A stretch of 64,000 nt of DNA from Callorhinchus milii (Eukaryota), in NCBI RefSeq assembly GCF_018977255.1, contig NW_024704742.1, positions 2,978,001 to 3,042,000 on the forward strand. The letters run 5' to 3'. Position 1 is the stretch's first letter, and each line of letters opens with the position of its first letter. Below are positions 50,691 through 63,370 of this stretch, in pieces. The position numbers were made by a program, and so were the translations under genes. Under the pieces are notes generated by a model. That model ran no database searches. It had not been told where the DNA came from and saw nothing but the letters and a program-made list of their open reading frames with translations.

Positions 50691-52550
50691 TTGGACTATC
50701 ATGTCTCTGCTGACTCTTTTAAAGAGCAATCCATCAATTCCCCTTTATCTGTCTTCTGCCCATACCACAACCCCCCATATATTACTTACTTTTAGATATC
50801 GATCTAGTTCCCTCTTGAAGGCTATTAAGGATTCTGTCTTGACCACCACTGACTCGGTGACCAGCACAAATCATTTCTGCCGATGTGATACGTCTGATCT
50901 ACGGTGTGATAGCATGAGAAAGCTTCAAGTCAAACCATATGCCTTGAGATGTCTAGAAGACGTGAAAAGCGCTATATCAAATGCGAGGATTATTATTATT
51001 ATTATTATGGGGAGAGATGGAATTTTAAAAAAGTGTGACCACAGGAGGTTATTTTAGATTTCCTAGACTGGAACAATAATGTTCCATGAATATAATACAA
51101 CCATCTGTGCATTTGATGTAGCACCATACAACCTCACAGAGACAACTGAAACTGTTTCACAGGATTTCTGTTAAGTGGAATGACTGCGCATTTGTAGGAA
51201 CGAAGCAGCCAATTTGCACGCAGCAATGTCACACAAACAGCCACGAATGGGCGGGCGGGAACTTGGTTTAACGTCTCATCTGGAGTACAGCACCTCCGAC
51301 ATTACAGCCCGCCCCCACCAATCCCCAACAGTACACCGTTTGAAGTCCTAATGGAGGGTTTGAACTCACAGCCTTCCGACTCAGATGTGCGAGTGCTACC
51401 AACTGAGACAGCCTGACACAGAATGACATTGCCAGATGACTAAAAGGTGGTAATTTGTCCAATGTCTCTGCAGGCGACCGGATTCCACCATTTAAAAATT
51501 TGTACACTTCTATTAGGCCCCCTTTGAGGCATCTTTTCTCAAGATTGAGGCGCCCGACTTGTCTAATTGCTCATTCCTCTAACACTGGGGAATCATCTCC
51601 TCTGGGCTGCCTTTGAGAATGTTCTATATCGAATACAAAGAGTGTCTCTCCACGTCTGTCTTTCCGGTAAGAGGTCAGTCGTCAGTCAGTCAGTGATTAG
51701 TGATGTCTGGGAATAGTTTGCGCGTAAATCCAAAAGATTAAAGAAATTTAGGTAGCTAATTTGCGGAATTTCTTAACAAAGTACCATTACAAGGAATCCG
51801 TTTGGTTTCTTGCCAACCTGCAGGGAAATCCCACAAGACATCGTGATAAACTCTCAGTCGCCGGTAGGAGTCCCTGGGATAGCAACTTGGATTCCACTGT
51901 TTAAGAGAACGCAAGTAGAAACCCAGCAGTGGTTTATCTGAAGAAACGTCAGCCCAATAAATTGGGTTTCCAGGAGTCGGACCGCAAAGGGGGTTGGTTC
52001 TGCCAAGAACAGCAACAACAACAACTTGCATTTTCATAGCAACCCCCTCATGCTGGGTAGCATCTCAGAGTGCTGGACAATGGCACCAAAGGAGAAACGT
52101 TGTCATTATTCCGGACGCGAGCGGAGTTCGAGGTGCTGCCGGTAGCTTATTCTCATCTCCGAGCAACAGGAACACTCTTCTCACGTCTCTTTGTTAATAC
52201 ATTTGGAACGGTCATTCATACTGTTTACCGGCATTACAGCCAACACGATTTCTATATTGCCAGCACACTTTACTCTGGTGCAAATTCTCCAGGTTGCAAA
52301 TACTGGATACTAAAACAAGGTGTCCTTCAGAACGGTGCTGGAGAGATGTGGGTCAGGTACAGTTGCATGTTAATGATCTCTGGTCAGCACTAATGAGCCT
52401 CCTGCAATGTCACCATGGCAGGTGGGAATCGGGATCCCACCACACTCATCACTCAACTAGTCAAGTGGTGAACACTGCATTATATTCAACTCATCCATCA
52501 CCTGGAGAGGTAGAAAATCCAAGCAGTTCGGTTCAGTTTGTGTGCATATG

Positions 52551-52576
52551 TGAGAGAGAGAGAGAGAGAGAGAGAG
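52551..52576. repeat. (GA)n microsatellite
   Basis: tgagagagagagagagagagagagag. Confidence 0.9.
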
Positions 52577-53459
52577 TTACCCTAACTAGACACTGCATCC
52601 TGTGTCTGGTAGATTTCTTAAGTTAAAATACTTCCGTGGATTATTAAAGGTTAACGTTCGTGTCTTATAAGATCCTTTCTTGTATCCCAAAAGATCAAAG
52701 CTATGAATGATTTTAGATCAATCGTATAACCTTATGAGGATTTTTTTATTCGCATTTTATTAGCACCAGAAAGCGAGAGAAACGAGAACCGAGTTTGTGA
52801 TGAGAATGAAGTGTTCAAACAATTCCACTGACCAACAATGAAAGGAAACTGTGAAAATAAAAATGAGGAGAGGATGGATGTGTTGCTAACAGGTGTATAG
52901 GAAAATACTGAAAACATGCTGTTGCAAAACAATACAACTTTAGACTGAATAAATGGTTCCTTTTGAAATCCCTACCTTCAGATGTATATCTAGTTTAATG
53001 GTTTGAAACCCAATTGTTTCGAGAGCGAATGAGCCAAATCAATGCATTCCTCACTGTTGTTTCATCAAAGAGTTCCTGGATGTCCTTTACAAAGTTGTCT
53101 TTGGATATTTCAAGGTCACGAGGCAAAAACCTTGAAGCGACATTGAATCCACATGGCAACAAGTCTTGAAATGAGAACAAAACACCCTTTCAGTTTCACT
53201 GGAACAAAATTCCAGCAAGAATCGTCTCTCCATTGAGGATCTGGTTCATCGTGTAAACAGAATTTATATTCAATCAACGCAAAGAAGGAAAACTAAAATC
53301 GAAATACAACAATCTGCAAGATGGGTAGCGACAAAGGCTTTGATCTTGGTCTCCAGGATAATATTTTCTCAGATGCACTGAGACAGCCAAACCAAAGGAC
53401 ACAGGCTTAAGGGTTGAAAGGGCAATTTCAGGACAGATACTAGGAAGTATTTCTTTATG

Positions 53460-53840
53460 CAATAATAACCTTTGCATTTGATGTTGGTGCCTTATCGCAT
53501 CATGCAAACCTCTCAAAGTGCTTCACAGGAATAATAAACAATACTAATAATAATCCTTGCATTTGATATCGTGTCTGATCACACCTTTGTGACGTCTCAA
53601 AGTGCTTCACAAAATATACTGAAAAATGAATCGACTGTCTATTTTGTGGGCGAAATGCAGCAGTCAATTGCGCACAGCAGTGTCCCACAAACAGCCATGA
53701 AATGAATGACCAATTTGATTCTGGAGATTGATGGTCAGGACATTGGGAGAAACTCTCTTCTCTTTTCAAATAGTAGCATGGGAGCTTTAACATTCATCTG
53801 AACAGACAGATAACCTCTGTGTAACATCTCTTCTAAAGGA
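53460..53840 (-). mobile_element. Two tandem SINE tails plus a Deu-domain SINE body
   Basis: Two ttgcatttgat tails (about 53472 and 53557) followed by a reverse Deu block. Confidence 0.8.
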
Positions 53841-54479
53841 TGACTTTACCCAGAGGATAACTGGGTATGATGGGAGAGGCCAGGATGCTGGACTTATTTT
53901 AAAAACAGCTCAATGCTGCAACGGGAGAGTTGGCATTCTGGAAGGATGAGATCAAATGAGTCGAAGGGCCTTCTTCATCCATCGAAATTTCTCTTGTGAT
54001 CTCGGAAGTGCTGGTGAGTTGGTGAGATTTTCTTGCAACAGACAAGGACAAATGAAGGCTTGCAACAGGTGGCATATAACCAGTCTCCTTCCACTGCGAC
54101 CACCAGAAATAGAGTTCCATGACCTCCCATCCATCTGTCTCTGTCACCCAGAAACACTGTCATTGACACACTGTGTAATGACTTAATGGTGCTTAGGCCA
54201 TAAGATGGAATCCTGGTCTGAGCCTACGGACTGACCGTTGACCTTTCAGAAACCCACCCTTTGACATGAAGGAGCAGTTTCAAGAATGAGGAGAGCAAAT
54301 CACCATCCCTACTGTTGTCGTCATCTGGTAGTCATCATGTCCTCTCTCAAAGCAGCATTTGGAAATCATTTCCTCTGGTTTTCGTTTTCCTGAACGAAGA
54401 CTCCTTCTGTGGGTGCCAGCTTCTCTCTAAAGCCTCTCCCCAGGTGCTGTTGTTCATGTCTAACCCAAACAGGGAGTAC

Positions 54480-54826
54480 ATAATAATAATCCTTGCATTT
54501 GATATGACACCTTACTTAACACATTGTTGAGATGCCTCAAAGCGCCTCGTAGAATATATTGTAAAGTGGATTGTTTGTGTATTTCGTGGGAGAAACACAG
54601 CAGCCAATTGAGTATCCCACAAACAGTCACCAAATTTTTTTTGAGAAATTATTATCCCCGGAATTCGATCCGCCAATCGACTAACAATTGGGTTCCTACT
54701 TACTGCAAGGCAAACAGAGCCGTGTGGAGTAAGGAAACTCGCCTAAGGTTTTGCCCTGCCCGGGACTCGAACCTGGGTCCTCTCACTTGCGAGGTGAGCC
54801 CACTAATCACTGTGCTATGAGACTCC
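54480..54826 (-). mobile_element. Full-length long-variant SINE
   Basis: Tail, gggttcctacttactgc insert, gtggagtaaggaaac, B-box gggactcgaacc, and head end gactcc. Confidence 0.85.
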
Positions 54827-55551
54827 AACCATCAACAGACTATGTGACAATTTGGAGGCCAAAACGTATTTTTGATACAACTGTAGAAAGAAAAAAAACT
54901 TGCATTTTGATAGTGCCTTCTTAAGCCAAACCTTCTCAAAGCACTTCATAGGCCAATAGTTCTCAAATGTAAGAAATGGTTTTGTAGGCAAACACAGCAG
55001 TAATTTGCACCAGCAAACTCCCACAAATCAGTTTGAGGTAAATTACTGATTAATCTGGGGACTGTTGGCGAGGACACCAGGAGAAACTCTCTTCTCTTTA
55101 TGAATAAAGCCACGGTTTATTTAACTTCCATCTGAACAGACAGAGGTGACCTTGGTTCAACATCTCACTCAAAAGACTGACCAAGAATTGTAGCTTTGCG
55201 CAAAATTACAGAGCAAAATCGGAGTCGCAAACGGTGAAGTGCCAAATGCACAAAATGCAGTGTATCACAGTCTTTAAATTCTGATCCCTGTTTTTATAAT
55301 TTTAAAATGCATCCCTGTGGAAATTCACCGGTCTGTGATGTCAGCTATTTGTACCACATGCAGTATCCATTAACTGTGTCTTGTTTCATTCCATTTAATT
55401 CATTGCATGTGCCACGTGGTATCTCAAATCTATTGATTTCTGTCTCAGTGGGAAGAGAGAGGGCTGTGGCTCCTTGAAAGTTAACCGTCGCCTGAATGGT
55501 TATACAAGCAAAGCACTCGAAGCTTAACCACTCCAGACTTCCATTCGATGC

Positions 55552-55822
55552 ATTTAGGAAGCTGAGACTACAAACCTCAGCCCGGCAATCTATCTCTTAT
55601 TTCTTCATTCCGTGCTGGGCTAGGCGTGTAGTCTCAGCTTCCTAAATTTTCATTTTATTAAGGGGCATATCCAAACCAAGGTAATAACCTGTAATGCACA
55701 CACAAGTAATTTTGGTTTGGATATGCTCCTTAAGTAAAATAAAAATGATTTAAGATTTTCTGTGGCGGTGTTAAAGAGCCTTAACACCAATCTCAGCTGA
55801 GATCCTAATAATAAAATTATTA
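55552..55822. repeat. Array of adjacent inverted repeats (hairpins)
   Basis: Two abutting hairpins of ~96-99 nt followed by three short hairpins/palindromes (see findings). Confidence 0.85.
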
Positions 55823-57859
55823 TATAATCACCCCCAATAGGTTAACTTGAGCAGAGAATAGTGCACCCATGGCTCCAATCCATCCTACTCAAACGGGATG
55901 AAGGTATTTCCTGTTTCAGCTTAAAAGTCTCAAATGACAATGACTTTGGGGTGTTCCCAACATATTACTCAGCGGATAGAAACTCACAGCACAAAATTCA
56001 ACTGAAAAAACTTTGACAGTGCCTGATCCCAGCAAGAAAAAAATGCAGTGCCTATTTGACACATTGCACTCATTGAAACATCAAGAAGCATTGGTCACTG
56101 TTAATAATATACACGTCAGCAGCCGAGACGAGAACCTTTGATAATTTCTCAGAAGCAGCACGCGGGAACTGCTCGTAACGTGATTTTTTTTTTATTGAGT
56201 TCACGGTCCATCGTCATGCCACAAAAGCATTGCAAACAGAGAACCGCTATCAACTTTAATCTACTTTGCTCCGTGCACCATCTGGCCATCAGAAGGAAAT
56301 AAACGACAAAAAACAAAGCAGAGATTTAGGAGACAGAGGAGATTTGTGATTCAATCTCTATGAAGCACAGTATCTACCATTTCAAGCCCTTGTTCCTTTC
56401 CTCCTCTCAAGTCCTCAGTTAGGTATCAAGTGGTCACACAGCCCAAGTTGACTTGATTATGAAAAGCGATAAGGACTTGAAATGGAATGGGAGACTCTAA
56501 TGGATATTTACTCTGAGCGAGATTGTTTTAATTATTCCCTCTCATGACCCGCATTGAGATAGTCCCTGGACTTCGCTGCTGTACTCAATGCCTGCCTCCT
56601 CCTACTCACAATGTGCTTCCTTGAGAGCCGGCTTTGAAATTAGCTCAAAATCTCTTTGACAAACAAAATTGGTAGTTTAGTGGCACGTTAGTACCGTCTC
56701 GTTGTGTGCTACTTCGGACAAATTATCACTGGTTGCTGACATCTATGTGGTTATCATTGACCGTTACTGCTCAATGAAATATTAACTGAAAAGCCACTGC
56801 ATTTATTTGGCATTGGAGACTTTGTTCAGGTTAGTTTTGTGCTGTGCCCAATAATAAACCGGGGATACCAGAGTTGTGTCACATCACTGCTATTTTCCAT
56901 GAATGTGTTTTTTTAAAGGTAATTGGTTACTGAGTCAAAGTTGACTTTTCCATATAAAATGGTCAACCATCACTCAAAATATAGAGCAGCCGATGTGCAG
57001 TACCAGCCTTTTGCTGTGTGCAAAGTCACAATCAATCCTTGTAAAGGGGAAATGGGTGAATTATAGCAGGATTGGGAAACCAATAATCACCATTCATACA
57101 ACAGCCTTGATGGAGGATAACATCTTTGAGCGCTTCACAAAGATGGAGCCAGAGCCCGAAAGGTGGATGGGGACAAGAGGGGTTGGGGCTGGAGGTAAAA
57201 GAGTGAGCATAGCCTAGTCCTGGTCATAGTTTGCTACATCTCTTCATGATAAATTATTGGGGAGGGTTGGGGGTGGTGATGGGGTGGAGGGGGGTGGGGT
57301 GGGAGGGGGTTAGAGGGTGTTCAGGTCAGGGTCAAAACTTCAGATATTGGTAATTTTACACATTTCCCCAGTCTGGATAATTTTTCAAATTGACGAATCT
57401 CCCTCCGGGTATCACGGAGAAAATGAGCGGACAGTGAGAGTGGGAGTGTACTGAATGAAACGCGTGTGTGTGGGTGTGTGTGTGTGTGCGTGGGCCTGAA
57501 TTTATTCTCCATTCTTCCTGTTGCTTTGCTGACCAACTTTTCCGCTCTCCCTTTTGACGCGTCCAAGGATCGAAAAAGAGCCAGGTCTGGACAGAATGGC
57601 TGTCGTCGGCTCAAACGACGTGGACTGCTTCACAGGCGGCAATCTGTGACTTTGCAAGGACTCAGCTTTGGAGTGGCTTATCCTGTCCCTCCCGCGCCCA
57701 GATTGTCAGCGATACCACAACGATACCAATCTGTGGTGTTGCTTCAAGCGTTCCTCAGCTTATTTAAGGAACAATTTTAGGATCACCAGCGGATGGCGCT
57801 TCTCTCCAGTGGTTAATTGCCCTCTGAGGTTCCGAGCCCCACTGTTGTGTGTAACCCTG

Positions 57860-58175
57860 AGGCCAGCTCAAAAGGTCGGTGGGATTCAAGTCCTGCGTCA
57901 GGACTGTGAACTGACAGTCTAGGCCGACATTCGGTACTGGGAGTGGGAGATGCTGACTTTCAGTTGAGACCTTAAACGGAGGTCCCGTCTGCTTGTTACC
58001 CGTGTCCTGGCCAGCAATCCCCAAATAAAACTGGTTCTGCACTTCACGGCTGTTGGTGGGATATTGCTGTGCACAAATCGGCCGCCCTGGTTGACTACTT
58101 TTACTGCGCTCCGCTGTCACGTGCCTTGAGATGTCGCGAGGACGTGATAAGGCGCTATATCAAATGCAGGACTTA
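57860..58175 (+). mobile_element. Deu-domain SINE
   Basis: gggattcaagtcc B-box, ttaaacggaggtcccgtctgc, and gacgtgataaggcgctatatcaaatgca tail. Confidence 0.8.
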
Positions 58176-58690
58176 TTGCATAAAGCGAACACAGTGTAAA
58201 GCCTGATGTGACGTGCACTGCAGCGAGAGATAGGGCAGGTGATAGCCTGGGATTTGAATTGTAGTGCCAGCAGCGTCATTGTTTACTTTCTTAATGGCTT
58301 AACGATCAATTTTATCGATGTGTCTAAAACGTCTGAGCGGTGGAGGATTTATAATTCGGAGGGTGACTGATAATTCTCAGTCGAATAATTAACGGCTGCG
58401 AAAATAAAACCCATGGCTGAGCAAGCAGTTAATTTTCACTTAACGGTCTGCATCGCATCACACACACACACACGCTAAAAAAAAAGTATTTAAAGGAGAT
58501 GTGGGGATAAGCACTTGGAATGCAAAGCAGTCACTCTCTTACATGGACGTTGTGGTCAGACTTTACTCCTTCTTGTCTTGGCTCAACGTCTACTCTGGTA
58601 AGTCCAGACAAAAGATATTTGGGTTAGGGCAGAAAGAAGGCAATGGTCCTTCATGAAACGCTTTGGCCTGTTGCCTTTCTCGTCATATGA

Positions 58691-58990
58691 TGGAGTCCGG
58701 TGGCGTAGCAGTTAGGATGCTAATCGTGCAAGCGAGCTGACCCAGGATTGATTCCTGGGCAGGGCAAAACCCTAGGCAAGTTTCCTTACTCCACATACAT
58801 CTTTCTACCCAGCAGTCAGTAGGAACCCATATTCTTAGTCGATTGGCGGATCGCTTTCTGTGGTAATAATCTCTCCAAAAAAAAGAAAAACATGCGGTCA
58901 CTCAATCTAGGACTGTTTGCCGGACACTGCTGGGCGTAATTCGCTGCTGTGTGTCGCCCACAAAATATACAGTCAATCCACTTTACCGTA
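58691..58990 (+). mobile_element. Long-variant SINE lacking its tail
   Basis: ggagtcc head, ggcaagtttccttactccac, cagcagtcagtaggaacc, cgcccacaaaatatacagtc. Confidence 0.8.
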
Positions 58991-59261
58991 AAACGGACGC
59001 CTTTCGCTCCAGGCTGCACCTCGGAGGCAGTTGTTGTGCTCGTGTGAAAACTGCCACGATTCAGTTTGCAGCAAACAAGACCTTTGACACTTTGAAAACC
59101 TCACGATTGTCATGAAGAGGCATTATTCGCACAACGCACTGATTAACGTTCGGAGGAACCTTCTTGTTTTCCCTTCCTTTTCTTGAGCACAACCACACGT
59201 TTCACTCTCCGTGTTATTAATCGCAGGCGGGGAGAAATGAATCAGGTGAAAGCTCTACATT

Positions 59262-59520
59262 GAGTGCATGTCCCTCGACCCCTCCGCTCTACCACCATAA
59301 GCCCATGCTTTCACGCTACTATGCCTCAGGACTCCCTACGCCGTCCCTCTGCCTTGCTTTGCCTCCTTATTGACCGCCTTCAGATTGCACCCGAAGACCT
59401 TCCTCTTCGACCCCTGCCTCATGTCACTTCCCACCTCTCCCCGGCTCAACGTCAAGCTCTGCGACTGCAAGACGTTCCGAGACGCTACCTTGGTGAAGAC
59501 ACCTCTTATTAAGCTGGTTA
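59262..59520 (+). mobile_element. L2 LINE 3' end
   Basis: VPRP.RST.....AF..Y-like segment, then AFRLHPKTFLFD (FK..LKT.LFD). Confidence 0.7.
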
Positions 59521-60234
59521 AGGTTCTAAGTTGTGCTCTCATGGCTGAGCTGCATTTGCGTGGCTTCATTTCCTAAACCTAAATCATACTTATCACAGCA
59601 AAGCTGACTGGAAACTTCTACGCTCCTGGATGTTCGTAAATTTAATGGGTTGGACCTCAAGGCTGTGGAGGCCACGCACCGGACTCATTGTAGAAACAGC
59701 TGACGCCGTGAATGGGAAGCCGACCGGGTTTTTGTATTCTGGATTCTGGGAGGGAAGGGTGAGATGATACAAAAATCTCTCGTGAACTCTGGTGTGATGT
59801 TGTGATGAATGATCCCTGCGGAAAGACCCCTAAAGGATAACAGCTGAGGCTCCCCAAATGATATTAAATGCAGCTTCAAACCTTCATTCAATACTGCCAC
59901 CAATCATTGTTTTCTTTCGTTATGGAAAGACAGANTTTTTTGATGTTTTAATGCTCTTAGCAAGCAGATGGCCCCTCGGTAGTATTAGGTTAGAATTAAC
60001 TGTCTGTCAGCAGGAGGGTGATGGCGTGCTTCATTAATGAAATGGGAGCAGCAGGAGTTGCTAATGAATAGGACATCTCGAGCATCAACACACAGAGGTT
60101 TCTCGATCAAAAAATTAGTCATCGCAAGTATCTGTTCTGTTTCATCACGTAGGATCATTTAACTTCAGAGGGCTCGGGAACAGGCGCTAAATACAATCAA
60201 ATATACCGCGGCACTCGTGGAAGAGTTTTTATAA

Positions 60235-60695
60235 AGCCCCACATTAGGACATTGAATTGACATGGTCTTGGCTGACACTCCAGTGCAGTGCCGGGGGAAA
60301 TCACTTCCAATAAGACATTAAACCACGAGCCCTTGGCACTCTTTGAAAAGAGAAGGCGTTTTCTCCCACGGTTCTGGCCAACAGTTCCCCGAATAAAATT
60401 GATCATTCACTTCATGGCTGTTTGTGGGAGATTGGTGTTCGCAAACTGGCTGCCGTATTCGCCTACAAAGCACACAATCACTGCACTTTACAGCTATATC
60501 CCTTGGTCACTCCCTTCGCCTCGCCCCCTCTCTTCCTATTTTCAAGTCTCGGCTGAAGACCTTTCTTTTCGACCGCACCTTTGGTCACCTTCCTCCTCCC
60601 CTCCCCCCGGGTCTGCCTCGGGATGCGTTACTGTGAAGCGCTCTGAGACGCCGTCCGGCATGGAGGGCGCTATATAAATCCAAGTTGGTGTTGTA
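60235..60695 (+). mobile_element. Deu-domain SINE fused to an L2 3' end
   Basis: Deu body to ~60495, then FKSRLKTFLFDRTF and a gcgctatataaatccaagttggtgttg tail. Confidence 0.75.
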
Positions 60696-62749
60696 TCTCC
60701 TGTAAGACATCTTTCCGACGTGAAACGGGCTGCATCAAAGGTAAGGATTATTATTATTATTAATGTCTAGACTAGTTCCATCACTGAAAGATGACTTTCG
60801 ATTGTTTTGGATTCTACCGAAATATGACAAAGAAATTTAAAGCTCTTTGAAAGGGCTGATAGACCTTTTCAGGGAATTTTTCAGGCAGGTTTTATTGATG
60901 GAACAGTTTGTTCAAAGAAAACAATGTTTTATCACCAGCATATTGACCGCAAATAATTCCTCGTGCTACGATAAACTCCAGATGGGTTGAGCTTTTTGTG
61001 ACATTTGTTAACAGGAATTTTTTTTTAAGTAAGAAACCTGGACGTTCGTGCTGCTGACTCGCAGAACCTTGCGGCAACTTGATCGATTTTCTCTTGATAT
61101 TTTTACTTGAATTTTTGATCGAGTTTCCGAAAACTGAGCTCGAACCATGGTGCACTAACGTCTTCTTAGCCTGGCAAACACACTTCTTAACACACTTCTT
61201 AGCCTGGCCAAATAATAACGCTCGACGCTCAAGTCATTTCGCCAAGAACGTATTAATTCAAGCCAACGCGATTTGGTGCAGAGAACTCCAGCAGTCATGA
61301 ACTCTCCCGCGGGTCAGAGATTCGAGTCATCGTTCTCCCCTGCAGTCTGGATAGACTTTTGAGATATGCAACGCAGGCAACAATTATTACTTTTGATTTC
61401 CAACGACAAAAATTAAACCTTTCAAATATGCTGCTGACGCACGTTTGAGGTACGGAGGAATTTGTGGTCAAGCAGAGATGTAGCAAATATGAAGTTTCAG
61501 ATACTTGTAGCTGTAATCTTTACAGTTAAGATTTAACTCAGAATCATATCCAGAAGAGAAAAGATGAAAGTGAATATCTAAGATTACGGAGGGCCAATAT
61601 TGCCTACAGTACCTTATCTATTAAGCCTCTAAGATAATAACTCTGTGGCTGTTCCCCAGCGGAGCACTGACTCCAGCTGTCTATTTGCTTTGCTACACAG
61701 TTGAAGATGATTGAGATAATCTCCAGGTTACTATTTTTAGTGACTTTGCTGAAGTATATAGATGAGTGAGAAATATCCGCATTCAAAAATCTCCAATTCT
61801 AATAAAAAGCCAAATCAACTTATTAATGTCTTAGTTATATAATAATCCTTGCATTTGGCATAGTGTGTTTCACGTCAGGAGAACATCTCAAAGTTCTTTA
61901 AAGTGTAATGACTGCATATCGTGTGGGCGACCAGGTTAGAAAGGAGACAGTTGGGCCTCTGGTATTTGCATTCTCCCAAGTGTCTGCTTAAGTTAGTGCT
62001 TTGTTGCCTCAAAAAAGTTTTCCGTGAAGCGCTTTGAGGCATCTTGAAGACACGATAAGGCACTCTATCAAATGCAAGGATTATTATTATTATATTTTAT
62101 TATTAACTCGCTGTCTGGTTTGGTTACTCTAAAGCATGTGTATTTTCTGCCACTGTGCCCACAACGTTAACGGGAGCTTACAAAAGGTAGGGTAAATAGC
62201 CTTCACACTCATCTTAACCCCCTTTAGAAATCATAAATATATGCTCTTCACATGGGGTTGCATCTCGGAGCGCTTAAATGTAAATAAGTCTAGAAGTACT
62301 CAATGTGCACTGAAATTGATAGCACCAGAGAACAGAGCTACTTAAAGTAAATTTCCAAAGAGGTCAGTGAACGTATAGCCCTTAAGCCTGGTATCAACAA
62401 ATAGGGAAAAAATATTGCAGTCACTATATGAGAAATACTTCAAACCTCCTTAACAACTACAATTTACATTTAGAATGCCTTTCACATTAATGAGGCATCT
62501 CGAAGTGTGTCAAGGAGCTAGGTATCCGAGCTGAGGAGGGAGAGGGAAGGTGTTTGAAAATATGGCGGAAGAGAAGGGGTATCTCTCCAGATTTTTAGAG
62601 ACTGGGGCAGAATAAGTGAAGCTGAATGAGCAGGAGACGTGTTAGTCTGGTGTTTGCCGAGTGGAGGGAATGCAGAGTGAGGATCATAGGAGGTCGTAGA
62701 AGTATCTTTTTTTGTTAAAGTATTTAGTTTTCCCATTGAAAGTACTCCC

Positions 62750-63370
62750 TGACAAGCTTCCTGCTAACTTGTCTAGTTAAGGACCAATAATCACCAGGGC
62801 TTTGGCTTATAGGGTAAACAATACAGTACAATGCAATACGATATTACATTTGGGTAGCACTTTTCATGTCGGAAGGACATCCCAAGGCGTGAGACAGTCA
62901 AGGATTTGGACCTGAGTGGGTGGGGGTGGAGTGGGGCGGTTGTTTGTGATCAGGGAGGGTGAAGGGCAGGGAGGGTAGGCGGATGGCCAAAGGCGTGATC
63001 GAAGAGGAGGGTCTTGAGACGTGCCTTGAAGGAGGCAAGGGAGGGAGCGAGGCGGAGGGAATGTGTTCAAAGGGTGAGGGCAGAGAAGCCGAAGGTCCGA
63101 TGGTGGGGTGGGGCGGGGCGGAGCGGGGCGCCAGACGTGGAGCGGGCCAGAGCCTGCTGAGCGGAGGGAGCACACAGCTTGAAACGACAAGAGTCGAGCG
63201 GGAAGAATCTCCTGCCCTCAATGACTGGTCGGCCCTTCCAAATCCTACCAATGAGCCAGCGGCTGCGCTGGGCTGGGTTGGGCTGGGCTGTCAGCGGCAG
63301 TGCCCTGGAATACTACGGACCTGCCCGGCTTAGGAACCCATCGTCCAGTGTGGAGCCACTCCAGCTCTAA
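62750..63370 (+). repeat. Old unnamed repeat split by a minus-strand L2 3' end (62830-63190)
   Basis: caagcttcctgct...cagggctttggcttatagggtaaac | L2 | gagcgggaagaatc...aatgactggtc...cagtgccctggaatact is collinear with 1268-1460. Confidence 0.75.

Noticed and set aside
53055..53164. Resemblance of the candidate exon to CSF1/KITLG/FLT3L-type cytokines
   Set aside because: Only a vague helical similarity. Cysteine pattern and intron phase do not fit and no partner exons were found.
61038..61148. Minus-strand ATG in strong Kozak context (MVRAQFSETRSKIQ...)
   Set aside because: Weak donor (gtttct) and unrecognised peptide. The surroundings have small tandem duplications and look transposon-like.
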